This document shows positions 46,045 through 54,530 of a stretch of 64,000 bases of DNA, one piece after another; positions within the stretch are counted from its first letter, which is position 1, and each line of letters begins with the position of its first letter. The stretch is from assembly GCA_035936995.1 (NCBI GenBank), contig DASYVR010000002.1, positions 5,311 through 69,310 on the forward strand. The letters are read 5' to 3'. Below the pieces are notes generated by a model. It saw nothing but the letters and a program-made list of their open reading frames with translations, ran no database searches and was not told the DNA's origin. A program made the translations under genes and the position numbers. The stretch comes from Candidatus Dormiibacterota bacterium. Its GTDB lineage: Bacteria > Chloroflexota > Dormibacteria > CF-121.

Positions 46045-47713
46045 CCCAGATCCACCGAAGGGGGAGGCCTTAGCCGGCTAAAGAGAATGCGAAAGGTGCC
46101 CCGCTGAACTGAGACAATGGCGGCGTTCAACCAAGCCAACGTCTTAGCAGAGGAGCACCTAACGGGTGACATCATCGCATACGTCCCAGCACCCTCGCAT
46201 CGTCTTTGATGACCGCCGAGTGATCGCCAACGCCGGCCTTCTCCTGCCCGCTCGACTGGCGCAGCGCCTGGGACTCCACGAGTTGCTGGACCGGCACATC
46301 GACCTCGGCCCGGCGGTGGGCCACGCCCGTGTCGGGGAGAAGGCGCTGACGCTGGTTGCGTCGCTTCTGGCGGGCGGTGATTGCATTGATGACGCGGCCG
46401 CGCTGCGCGCGCCGGGCCGTGAAGCCGTGCTCGGTCATCGAGTGGCAGCGCCCTCCACCCTGGGTACGTTTCTGCGCTCGTTCAGCTGGGGTCACCTCAA
46501 GCAGTTCGACCACGTGAGTGAACTGGCGCTCGCCCGCGCGTGGCAAGCGGGAGCGGGCCCCGGTCGGCAGGGCCTCACGGTCGATTTCGACTCGACCATC
46601 TGTGAGACCTATGGGGTCAAGAAACAGGGGGCGCAATTCACCTACGCGAAGGTGTGGGGCTATCAACCGTTCCTGGCCATTACCGCGGAGAGCGGCGAGG
46701 TGGTGCACAGTCGGCTGCGCGGAGGGCGCGCGGCCCCGGCGCGAGGCGCGGGACATTTCGTCGGAGAAGCGCTGGCGCGCGTGCGCCGCGCCGCTTCGCG
46801 GGCGCACTGGTGATTCGTGCTGACTCCGGCTTCTTCACGGAGGACGTGGTGCGGGCCAGCCTGCGGTACGACGCCGGCTTTTCCGTTACCGCCCGCATGT
46901 ATCCGCGGTTGAACCGGTGCATCGCCGAGATTCATCCTGAGGCCTGGCAGCCGATCAGGAATTGGGTGGGCGGCACGGCGGAGGTCGCGGAAATCGCCTA
47001 CACCGCCTTTGCCAACACGCATCACGGCAAGCGCGCGCGCCCGCTGGTGGTGCGCTTGATCGTCCGCCGCGTGCTGCCGGATTTCGCGCAGCTCAGCCTG
47101 CCGGGTCTCGGCTATCGCTATCACGCATTCATCACCAACCGCCCGGGCACGGCCTTGGCGCTCGAAGTCGACCATCGTCAGCACGCGATTGTCGAAAACC
47201 GCATCCGAGACCTCAAGCACGGACTTGGGCTCAACCATCTGCCCTCGGGCCGGTTTGCGGCCAACGCGGTCTGGCTGGCACTCAACGTGCTGGCCCACAA
47301 TTTGCTGCGCTGGCTCGATCGACTGGCACTGGCCACCTCGGGTTGGACCGCCAAGACCTTCCGCTATCGCTTTTTCGCCGTCCCTGGCCGGCTGGTCCGA
47401 TCCGGCCGCCAACTCTGGTTGCGCCTTCCGGCTCAATGGCCCTGGCGATCGCAATTCGAAGGCGTGCTCGAGCGCTTGGGCCACTCGCCACCTCAGCCAG
47501 CCTGACGGCGCTTCGCGCTCCACGTCCCTGATCGCGGTCCGAGCATCCCCTCGACGGGCGGTCATCCCGTTCAAGACGACTCGGCAACCCACTTGCTGCC
47601 CGCCTGGCCCCCTGAAGGCTGACTCCTATCGAGCCACGCCGCTCAAGCGGTCGACTCATACCCACTCAGCCCTCCCTCCGCCCCCTTCTTGCCGCGCCAT
47701 CGGTGGATTTGGG
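46045..47713 (+). mobile_element. IS1380-family insertion sequence, 1669 bp
   Basis: Terminal IRs CCCAGATCCACCGA / TCGGTGGATTTGGG; 5-bp TSD CTTTA at 46040-46044 and 47714-47718. Confidence 0.9.
46166..47505 (+). pseudogene. IS1380-family DDE transposase, frameshifted near 46793
   Basis: APSTLGTFLRSF, VDFDST, IRADSGF, ENRIRDLK and LPSGRFAAN motifs split over two frames. Confidence 0.85.
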
Positions 47714-47739
47714 CTTTAGGGGAGGGCAGGGAGGGGATC

Positions 47740-48438
47740 TTATTCACTGACCGGCATATACCGCTTTTCGGCGAGCCCCTGCAGCATGTCGAGCGTCCGC
47801 TGGTCGATGCCGCCCTGCGCGGTTCGCCGGCGCACCGGATCCCACTGCTTCCAGTCGATCGCCGTGCTCGGCCGGCTGCCCCCCACTCGCTCCTCGAGCT
47901 GGCGGTGGAGATCAGCGACGCCGAGTGCCAGTTTCCCTTCGCCGTGAAGTACATCCACATCGTTACCTCGAGGGCCAATCCAAGCGATGGCGTCCAGCCA
48001 TGCCCGCTCAGCTGCCACCGCAGAATTCACTTCGTGCATCCAGCTCCGACCATGCAGATAGTGGTAGCGCTCCTCCTGCAACATCTTCTTGAGCCGGCTG
48101 CGCAGGACCTCGACGTTGCCGTTCACGAGCGACTCAATCATCAGCGAGAAGGCGCTGTCGAGCACCGCGTTGGCGGCGACGAACTGGGTCCAGTCGCTCC
48201 ACGGCTGGTCCAGGTAGGGCACGTTGGCAAGCACGGTCTCATCGCTACCTGCCTCGGGCGCCCCAAGCTCCCGCAGCGATCCGTAGAGCACGCGGCTGTG
48301 CCCGATGTCGTCGAGCCCCATCGCAGCGGCGGCGATGTCGGCCTCCAGGCTCGGCGCGGCGGTGCACCATTCCGCGTACCGCATCCCCAGCAGCTGCTTG
48401 TTGTCGGCGAGGCTCTTAACGAGCGAGTAGAGACTCAG
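47740..48438 (-). CDS. PaaC-like ferritin-fold subunit of a CoA-epoxidase complex (probable CTG start)
   Basis: LADNK..LG.RYAEW...APSLEADIA...D.IGH; QEERYH. Confidence 0.75.
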   Translation of the reverse strand: MSLYSLVKSLADNKQLLGMRYAEWCTAAPSLEADIAAAAMGLDDIGHSRVLYGSLRELGAPEAGSDETVLANVPYLDQPWSDWTQFVAANAVLDSAFSLMIESLVNGNVEVLRSRLKKMLQEERYHYLHGRSWMHEVNSAVAAERAWLDAIAWIGPRGNDVDVLHGEGKLALGVADLHRQLEERVGGSRPSTAIDWKQWDPVRRRTAQGGIDQRTLDMLQGLAEKRYMPVSE

Positions 48439-48659
48439 CCCTCGGCCTCTCCCGGGCCCCAGAGGCGGATGACGGCGTCCCGAGGCACGATCATCATCTC
48501 GACCCACCGTTCCTCGTCGTAGGTGGCTCGGGCATACGCCATCGCCAGGTCGTCGTCGGGCGCCACCACACTGCCGACCTGCCGCAGCGGTTCGACCCTG
48601 GCCTTGCGCGCGAAGACCTCGTACTCCCGAACCTGCGCGTGAACGCGGCTGTAGGACAT
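48435..48659 (-). CDS. PaaB-like small subunit
   Basis: YEVFAR....PLRQVGSV.APD..LA...AR motif. Confidence 0.75.
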   Translation of the reverse strand: MSYSRVHAQVREYEVFARKARVEPLRQVGSVVAPDDDLAMAYARATYDEERWVEMMIVPRDAVIRLWGPGEAEG

Positions 48660-48982
48660 CAGACCGCGAGTCCCCAGGCCCGCAGGGTGTCCCGGCCCTC
48701 GGGCGTCAGGCGCGCCGACGACCAGGGCGGATCCCACACGATCTCGAACCGGACGTCGCTCACACCCGCTTCCGCGAGCAGCCGCTCGCGGATGTCCGAG
48801 ACGATCATCTCGGTGGCGGGGCAGCCCATCGCCGTAAACGTCAGTCGCAGGCGCACCGTCCCCTCCCCCACTTCGACGCCGTAGATGAGGCCGAGGTCCA
48901 CCAGGTTGACCGGCATCTCCGGATCATCGATCTCGGCCAGCGCCGACCAGACGCGCGCCTCCAGGGACGCGGGCGGCGTCAT
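48659..48982 (-). CDS. PaaD-like / DUF59 metal-sulfur cluster biosynthetic protein
   Basis: DPEMPVNLVDLGL, T.T..GCP and WDPPW motifs. Confidence 0.85.
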   Translation of the reverse strand: MTPPASLEARVWSALAEIDDPEMPVNLVDLGLIYGVEVGEGTVRLRLTFTAMGCPATEMIVSDIRERLLAEAGVSDVRFEIVWDPPWSSARLTPEGRDTLRAWGLAV

Positions 48983-49905
48983 ATTCGGACCTTGAACTGG
49001 TTGAAGCTCTCCTGGAAGAGCGCGACCATCTCGGCATTGCGCGGACCTCGAGCCCGCCAGCGCAACATCACGGCATCCCAGGAACACGGATCGTTGTAAT
49101 CCCAGCGCTTCTGCTCCGGGTCGAAGGTGCAGGGGAACGGATAGTCGAGCAGGTAGTGGCTGTTCTCCTGATGCGCCGGCACCCGAATGCCGATCGATTC
49201 CATGAAGGGGACGACGGTGGAGAGCCACTGCTGCCGGAGCTGGTCGTTGGTCAAACCCTTAAGCCGGTACTCGAGCTGGGTGCTGTGCTGCTTGAGCTCG
49301 TCCGGTAAGCCAAACCATTCAACCGTCAGTGGAAACATCCAGTCGACCGCCCGCTGCAGCTCCTCTTTGGCGGCGCCACTCGCCTGGCTGATCCGCTTCG
49401 ACCAGTTACGGCCGTTGCGCAGATGGAAGTTCTCCTCGGCCATGACTTTGACGAGACCGCGCTTCCAGGGTCCGTAAGAGCATTGCTCGTGGATGTCGCC
49501 AAGCAGGCAGAAGCCGGCCTGGTCATACATGGCGTTCGCCACCACCAGCTCGGTCCAGCTTTCGAGCGGCACGTCGAACGCGTAGGGATATCGAAACGCC
49601 TTGGGATCGCGCCGGAAGATCAGCGCCTCCTGGCTTTCGCCCAGCTCCTCGAGAATGTGGTACGCGATATGGGCGTGGGCCAGCTCGTCCTGGATGATCG
49701 CGATGCCCGTCATGAAGGCGTTGACGCTGGGCGCCTTGCGGGCCGCCAGGTAGTACGCGGGAGCCGAGATCAGCTCCGTATCGCCGGAGACGATCAGGGT
49801 GTGCTTGAGCTCACGCAGGTAATCCGGCGTCATCTCCGAGACGGACTCGATCAGCTCGCCGCGTTTGAGTAGACCGTCGAAGGCCGCTGAGTTCTCTGGC
49901 TCCAT
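48979..49905 (-). CDS. PaaA-like diiron catalytic subunit
   Basis: DTE, AIIQDELAH, SYGPW and EENFH diiron ligands. Confidence 0.8.
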   Translation of the reverse strand: MEPENSAAFDGLLKRGELIESVSEMTPDYLRELKHTLIVSGDTELISAPAYYLAARKAPSVNAFMTGIAIIQDELAHAHIAYHILEELGESQEALIFRRDPKAFRYPYAFDVPLESWTELVVANAMYDQAGFCLLGDIHEQCSYGPWKRGLVKVMAEENFHLRNGRNWSKRISQASGAAKEELQRAVDWMFPLTVEWFGLPDELKQHSTQLEYRLKGLTNDQLRQQWLSTVVPFMESIGIRVPAHQENSHYLLDYPFPCTFDPEQKRWDYNDPCSWDAVMLRWRARGPRNAEMVALFQESFNQFKVRI

Positions 49906-49921
49906 CCGCGTTGATTCTAAG

Positions 49922-50425
49922 ATGACGTCCTTGACGGGCACCCGGCGCTGGCTGGTCATTGGCATCGGCGCAGGCGCGTGCCTGGTGATCGGCATGCTGG
50001 CCGCGGGGTCGCTTCGCCAGCTCGGCCAGGCGGTCACGACCCCACCGGAACCCTGCTCGCCACACCCCTGCGCCGCCCCCCACGCGTTCGAGGTCGTGAT
50101 CTCCGACATCACCGCCACGAACGGCATCGTCATGCTCCATGTGACCTTCCACAACAGAAGCAAAGCCGACCCCTTCGAGGCTGTGTCGTACGACCACACG
50201 AGCCCGGCGGATTTCCAACTGCGCTCGGCAGCCGGCCAGCAGCGGCCGCCGGCCTTCTCTGGTCAATGCCCCGACTGGGGCGAGCTGCGCATCGAACACA
50301 GCGCCAGCGCCGGTCCCAAGCCGCTCTGCTTCGCGGCAGCGCACGACGGCCTCAAGGGCGCGCTACTGGTCTGGTCACCTGACCTCGGCTTGCTCTTCGA
50401 CGACGTCCGGATCCCGCTGAACTAG
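49922..50425 (+). CDS. Membrane-anchored Ig-like (DUF4352-like) protein
   Basis: N-terminal TM; 'V.F.N....P.DFQL....G' pattern; Cys pairs. Confidence 0.6.
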   Translation: MTSLTGTRRWLVIGIGAGACLVIGMLAAGSLRQLGQAVTTPPEPCSPHPCAAPHAFEVVISDITATNGIVMLHVTFHNRSKADPFEAVSYDHTSPADFQLRSAAGQQRPPAFSGQCPDWGELRIEHSASAGPKPLCFAAAHDGLKGALLVWSPDLGLLFDDVRIPLN

Positions 50426-50462
50426 CGCCGAGCATCCGATGCATGGGGCTGGAAATAAGAAT

Positions 50463-50709
50463 ACGACCCGCCGTTACGGTTTACAACTCACCGGTGTTAC
50501 CCAGCGAGCCTTCATCCCGCTGCCCAGTCCAGCCCTTGCGGGTCAGACCTTCGTCACCGACAGAACCGGTCGCCTTGCGGCAACCGACTCCCCAGCCCTT
50601 TCGGGCCGGGCCCCCAGGCCTCACGGTCTGAGAGTGGGGGCCTTGCGGCTCCCTCGCCGGTAACCCGCTAGAGTCGTTTCCTTCTCTAACTGGCTTTCTG
50701 ACAGGTCGC
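50463..50709 (-). ncRNA. Unrecognised structured ncRNA, copy B (about 247 nt)
   Basis: Same conserved blocks as copy A; closing stem GCGACCUGUC/GGCGGGUCGU; six GNRA loops on the minus strand; U-rich tail. Confidence 0.8.
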
Positions 50710-50716
50710 AAGGGGT

Positions 50717-50775
50717 ACGATAGCCCTCGGCCGGCCAACCCGCAACCCGGAACGTTTGTTTCCGAACACCCGCTC
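50717..50775 (-). promoter_or_regulatory. Sigma70-type promoter TTGCGG-N17-TATCGT with two upstream LexA-like boxes
   Basis: -10 at 50717-50722, -35 at 50740-50745; boxes at 50750-50761 and 50764-50775. Confidence 0.7.
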
Positions 50776-50930
50776 GTTTTCCTTCATCCCGTCGCGACGC
50801 TTGGGGTGTCAAGTCGTAACGGGACCTGTAACGAGCCGTGTCTCGATTTGAAGCTGAGGACCATTACCGTTTGCGTTATCTGCAGTAGGGAGTAGGCCTT
50901 TCGGCCGGCTAACCCCGAGGTAACAAACGG

Positions 50931-51521
50931 ATGACACCCACCGTGGCAGATCAACGCGCCCATCGCGGGCCACATCGGCCGGATCGCCGCTGGGCCAGGC
51001 GTGGTCAGGGGATTACCGAATTCGCCCTCTGCGCCCCACTCGCGCTGATGATGCTGCTCGGCATCGTCGAGGGCGGCTTTTTGATGTTCGGTGTCGGCAC
51101 CGCTGCCTATGCCACCGGCGAGGGCGCGCGCGTCGGCTCCGAGGCGGGTAACTCGGCGAACGCGGATTCGCAGGTGATCGATGTGATCGTCGGCACGGGT
51201 CTCGGACAGAACGGCATCGTCCAGGTGACCGAGGTCGACATCTACCGCCTGATCGAGGATCCCAACACCGGAAACCTGACTGTCGATACCAGCGGCTGTG
51301 GCGGCCAGGGCTGCATCAACAAGTACGACCTATTCGGCACCCCGCTGGTGACCCCCGAACCATGGGTCGCCACCACGCGTGATGTGACCAACGGATCGAG
51401 CGACTTCATCGGCGTGACCATCAAATATCAGTACCGGTGGAAGTCCGGGACGCTGATCGCGACCGGCCCGCTGAACCTGTCGGCGAAGTACTACGTGCGG
51501 CTGGAGCCGCAGACCTACTGA
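50931..51521 (+). CDS. TadE-like minor pilin
   Basis: RRG|QGITEFAL prepilin site, TM, EGAR. Confidence 0.85.
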   Translation: MTPTVADQRAHRGPHRPDRRWARRGQGITEFALCAPLALMMLLGIVEGGFLMFGVGTAAYATGEGARVGSEAGNSANADSQVIDVIVGTGLGQNGIVQVTEVDIYRLIEDPNTGNLTVDTSGCGGQGCINKYDLFGTPLVTPEPWVATTRDVTNGSSDFIGVTIKYQYRWKSGTLIATGPLNLSAKYYVRLEPQTY

Positions 51522-51522
51522 G

Positions 51523-52071
51523 ATGCCAAGCACGCTCGTCACCACGCCGGCGGCGCCGCGCAAGAAGCGGGGCCAGTCGCTCGTGGAGCTGGCGATCACC
51601 ATTCCGATCATGGCGGTGCTCTTGCTCGGCGGGTTCGACTGCACGATGCTGGTCTGGGACAAATTGGTCGCCGGCTACGCCGTCCGCCAGGGGACGCGGC
51701 TCGCGTCTGAACTCGGGGGACGGCAGACGAACCCGACCGCGACCCAGGCCGACATCGATAAGAAAATCGTCCGCAACGTCCTGGCGGTGACCAAGACCTG
51801 GGGCTACGGCACCCTGCTGGAGCTCGACATCTACGGAGCCACCCGCACTGACGGCGTGATGCAGGGCACCGACTACCAGGACCAGTTCGACGGCAGCGGA
51901 AACCCGCTGGCTGTGCAGACGTTGACGCTCGAGCGCCGCTACCAGACCCCACCGGACGAGACCGCGATCGGCGTCCGCCTGCTCTGGCGATTCACGGTGC
52001 CAGCGGGGAGCTTCGGCAATATGAATTTCACGGAGTACGCGGTCATGAAGGTGGCGCCGGTCCTGAACTGA
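51523..52071 (+). CDS. TadE-like minor pilin
   Basis: KRG|QSLVELAI; A.RQG.R. Confidence 0.85.
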   Translation: MPSTLVTTPAAPRKKRGQSLVELAITIPIMAVLLLGGFDCTMLVWDKLVAGYAVRQGTRLASELGGRQTNPTATQADIDKKIVRNVLAVTKTWGYGTLLELDIYGATRTDGVMQGTDYQDQFDGSGNPLAVQTLTLERRYQTPPDETAIGVRLLWRFTVPAGSFGNMNFTEYAVMKVAPVLN

Positions 52072-53924
52072 TGGGCATCATGATCCGGCGGCCAAAAGCG
52101 CAGCGCGGGCAGGCCATCGTCCTGATGGCGCTGATGCTCATGTTCGTGCTCGCAGGCGGTGTCGGGCTGGGCGTGGACGCGCTGATCGGCTACGTCAACA
52201 GCCTGGGGGCCGAGCGCGCCGCGGCGGCGGCCGCCCTGGCGGGCGTCGTCTACATGCCGAACCAGTTCAATTCTCCGCCCGCGCAGAACGCCAGGGATAA
52301 GGCGATCGCCATTGCCAAGCAGAACGGCTTCGATCCCGCCGACCTCGCGAATGGGGTAATCGTCGATCCAGAACCCGTCCCGATCGTCGGTAGCAATCCG
52401 CCCGCCAACTACCAGAACAAGCTGCAGGTGACGGTCTCGAAGCGAGTGCAGGTGTATTTCATGCAGCTGCTCGGCTTCAACACCTACCAGGTCTCGCGGA
52501 CCGCGATCGCCACCTACCTGCCGCCGATCACGCTCGGCCAGCCCGGCGGGCAGATCGGGTCGACCACCTCCCAGCTTGGGACCGCCAACAACTTTTACTT
52601 CATGCGAACCGAGGGCTGGAACGTCGACCGCCAGCAGGGAGACGCGTTCACGCCTAACCCGGCCTACGAGTTCAACGGCCCGCTCAACCCGCCGTCGACC
52701 GACGTCCACCAGATCAGTACGTCCACCGGCAACGAGCCCGCCGACGCCACCCTCCCGACGCGCGGTGGCTACAACTACCTGATCACGATCCCGCCGTCGG
52801 GTGGGTACATCCAGGTCTACAACGCCGCTTTTGCCCCCGATGGGGGTCCAAACGGGTCGTCCGGTCCGCACAACAACTGCGACAACTTCAAAGCCCCGAT
52901 GCCGTGCTCGAGTGGCGGCAGCTACTACCTGCACGAGCAGGACAGCATCACCGACTTCACCAACAAGCAGCTCTTCTCGGCCAACCGCTACACGCTGTTC
53001 CAGGTCGTGAACCACTTCATCCGGGCGAATGACGTCAAGCTGACCCAGACCACGGTCTATCCGATCGACGCGACGAACTGGAACGCCAACCCGCCGACCT
53101 ACAAGAACGTGAACACCGGCGCCACCATCACGCAGACGTATGACGTGTCGGGCAACCCAACAAACATGTCGATCTACCACAACTGGATCGACGTCCCGAC
53201 CTACTTAGGGACCAATGACAGTGGCCTGCTCACCCTCAATCAGTACGGCAACCCCGGCTCCTATCTGACCGGTGGCATGCTGGTGGGCGGCACCTACCGG
53301 CTCCGGGTCGACAACCTCGAGCACGACGGCGACATCAGTGGCTCCGGCAGCCAGAACGCCTCCCACAAGGCCTACGCCGTCCGCGTGCTTGACTCGACGA
53401 AGAACCTATGCACCACCACCTGCTCGATCGGGTCCTGGAACGATATGGCCTGGTACACCCCCATCGCAACCGCGACCTTCAAGATGCCGCTGTTCCAGCT
53501 CCCGCCTTATTACGCGGGCAAGACCGTGACCGTCGACATCTGGGACCCGGGCGACATCTCGGGAGCCGGCAACGTCTACATCGATATCATCGATCCGGTC
53601 ACGAACGCGATCGCAACCTCACCGACCGGGGTCAAGATCTACGACCTCGGGGTGCAGCGAAGCAATGCGGGGACGCTGGTCAGCGCGCCCGGAAACATGC
53701 AGGCGACCTTCCTTGCTACCAGCAACAACACCGTCTACTTCAACGGCCACTGGGTCCACGTCGAGCTCCCCGTGCCCTCGAATTGGAACCCGGGCCTCAA
53801 CCCGGCGAACTGGTGGTGGTCGCTGCAATACCGGACTAACCTCACCCCTCCCTCGGTGGCGATCGACACGGTGACCGTGGCCGTCGGCTTGAAGGGCAAC
53901 CCGGCGCACCTGCTCCAGGGCTGA
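52071..53924 (+). CDS. TadG-like pilus tip/adhesin protein
   Basis: QRG|QAIVLMAL, 'VD...AAAAAALAG'; long N/T/G-rich beta domain. Confidence 0.8.
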   Translation: MGIMIRRPKAQRGQAIVLMALMLMFVLAGGVGLGVDALIGYVNSLGAERAAAAAALAGVVYMPNQFNSPPAQNARDKAIAIAKQNGFDPADLANGVIVDPEPVPIVGSNPPANYQNKLQVTVSKRVQVYFMQLLGFNTYQVSRTAIATYLPPITLGQPGGQIGSTTSQLGTANNFYFMRTEGWNVDRQQGDAFTPNPAYEFNGPLNPPSTDVHQISTSTGNEPADATLPTRGGYNYLITIPPSGGYIQVYNAAFAPDGGPNGSSGPHNNCDNFKAPMPCSSGGSYYLHEQDSITDFTNKQLFSANRYTLFQVVNHFIRANDVKLTQTTVYPIDATNWNANPPTYKNVNTGATITQTYDVSGNPTNMSIYHNWIDVPTYLGTNDSGLLTLNQYGNPGSYLTGGMLVGGTYRLRVDNLEHDGDISGSGSQNASHKAYAVRVLDSTKNLCTTTCSIGSWNDMAWYTPIATATFKMPLFQLPPYYAGKTVTVDIWDPGDISGAGNVYIDIIDPVTNAIATSPTGVKIYDLGVQRSNAGTLVSAPGNMQATFLATSNNTVYFNGHWVHVELPVPSNWNPGLNPANWWWSLQYRTNLTPPSVAIDTVTVAVGLKGNPAHLLQG

Positions 53925-53939
53925 TGAAGCACCAGTTCG

Positions 53940-54506
53940 TCAGTGGCCGGCGAGCAAGCGCTCCGCCAGCAGGACGACGCCCAACGCGGCCAGCACGACG
54001 CCCGCCAGTTGCTCCGCCCGCTCGCGGGCGACGTCGCCGATCCTGGATCCCAGCCGGAGCCCCGCCTGCGTGATGACCAACGTCTGGACGCCAATTAAGA
54101 CGATCACCAGCACGACCGGAAACCGCAGTAGTCCCAGCGTGAACCCGATCGCCAGCTCGTCCAGGCTGATGCTGATCCCGAGCCCGATGGCGGCGACCCC
54201 GCGGGTCCGAGCCAGCAACCCCCCGCGCTCTGCTTCGTCGCCATCAGGGCGCCGCGGCCAGAGCATGTACAAGCCGAGGCCGATCAGGATGATGATCGCA
54301 AGGTAGTCGGCGGCGGTTCCCGCAACGTTCCCGGCGACGGCCCCCAGCAGGAAGCCGACGACCGGCATCCCCATTTCGAAGGCCGTGAACAGCACCGTAA
54401 CCCGGATCCGGTCCCGCCGGGTCAACCCGGTGATGCCGAGCGCCGCTGCGACGGCAAACGTGTCGAGCCCGAGCGGCACGATCAAGGCGATCAGCTTGAG
54501 CCACAT
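53940..54506 (-). CDS. mntP: MntP-family manganese efflux pump
   Basis: LGLDTFAV and ISLDELAIG repeats. Confidence 0.8.
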   Translation of the reverse strand: MWLKLIALIVPLGLDTFAVAAALGITGLTRRDRIRVTVLFTAFEMGMPVVGFLLGAVAGNVAGTAADYLAIIILIGLGLYMLWPRRPDGDEAERGGLLARTRGVAAIGLGISISLDELAIGFTLGLLRFPVVLVIVLIGVQTLVITQAGLRLGSRIGDVARERAEQLAGVVLAALGVVLLAERLLAGH

Positions 54507-54530
54507 CGCGCATCATTAGACGCCAGAGCC

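Larger units (their letters stand above)
45882..47747 (-). pseudogene. Small PaaD-type zinc-ribbon gene interrupted by the IS1380-family element
   Basis: Removing 46045-47713 plus one TSD restores (M)NKIPSLPSPKGGGKFTEPSLPSTRCPFCRSTETEVISLFGSQVMTMQCKCHVCGSFFEASKY*. Confidence 0.75.

Noticed and set aside
46045-46175. N-terminal part of ORF 45882-46175 as the real zinc-ribbon start
   Set aside because: It is IS end sequence read through; the native 5' end lies beyond the IS at 47747
46780-46813. Programmed frameshift in the transposase
   Set aside because: No slippery sequence; IS1380 transposases are normally one ORF; a single lost G explains it
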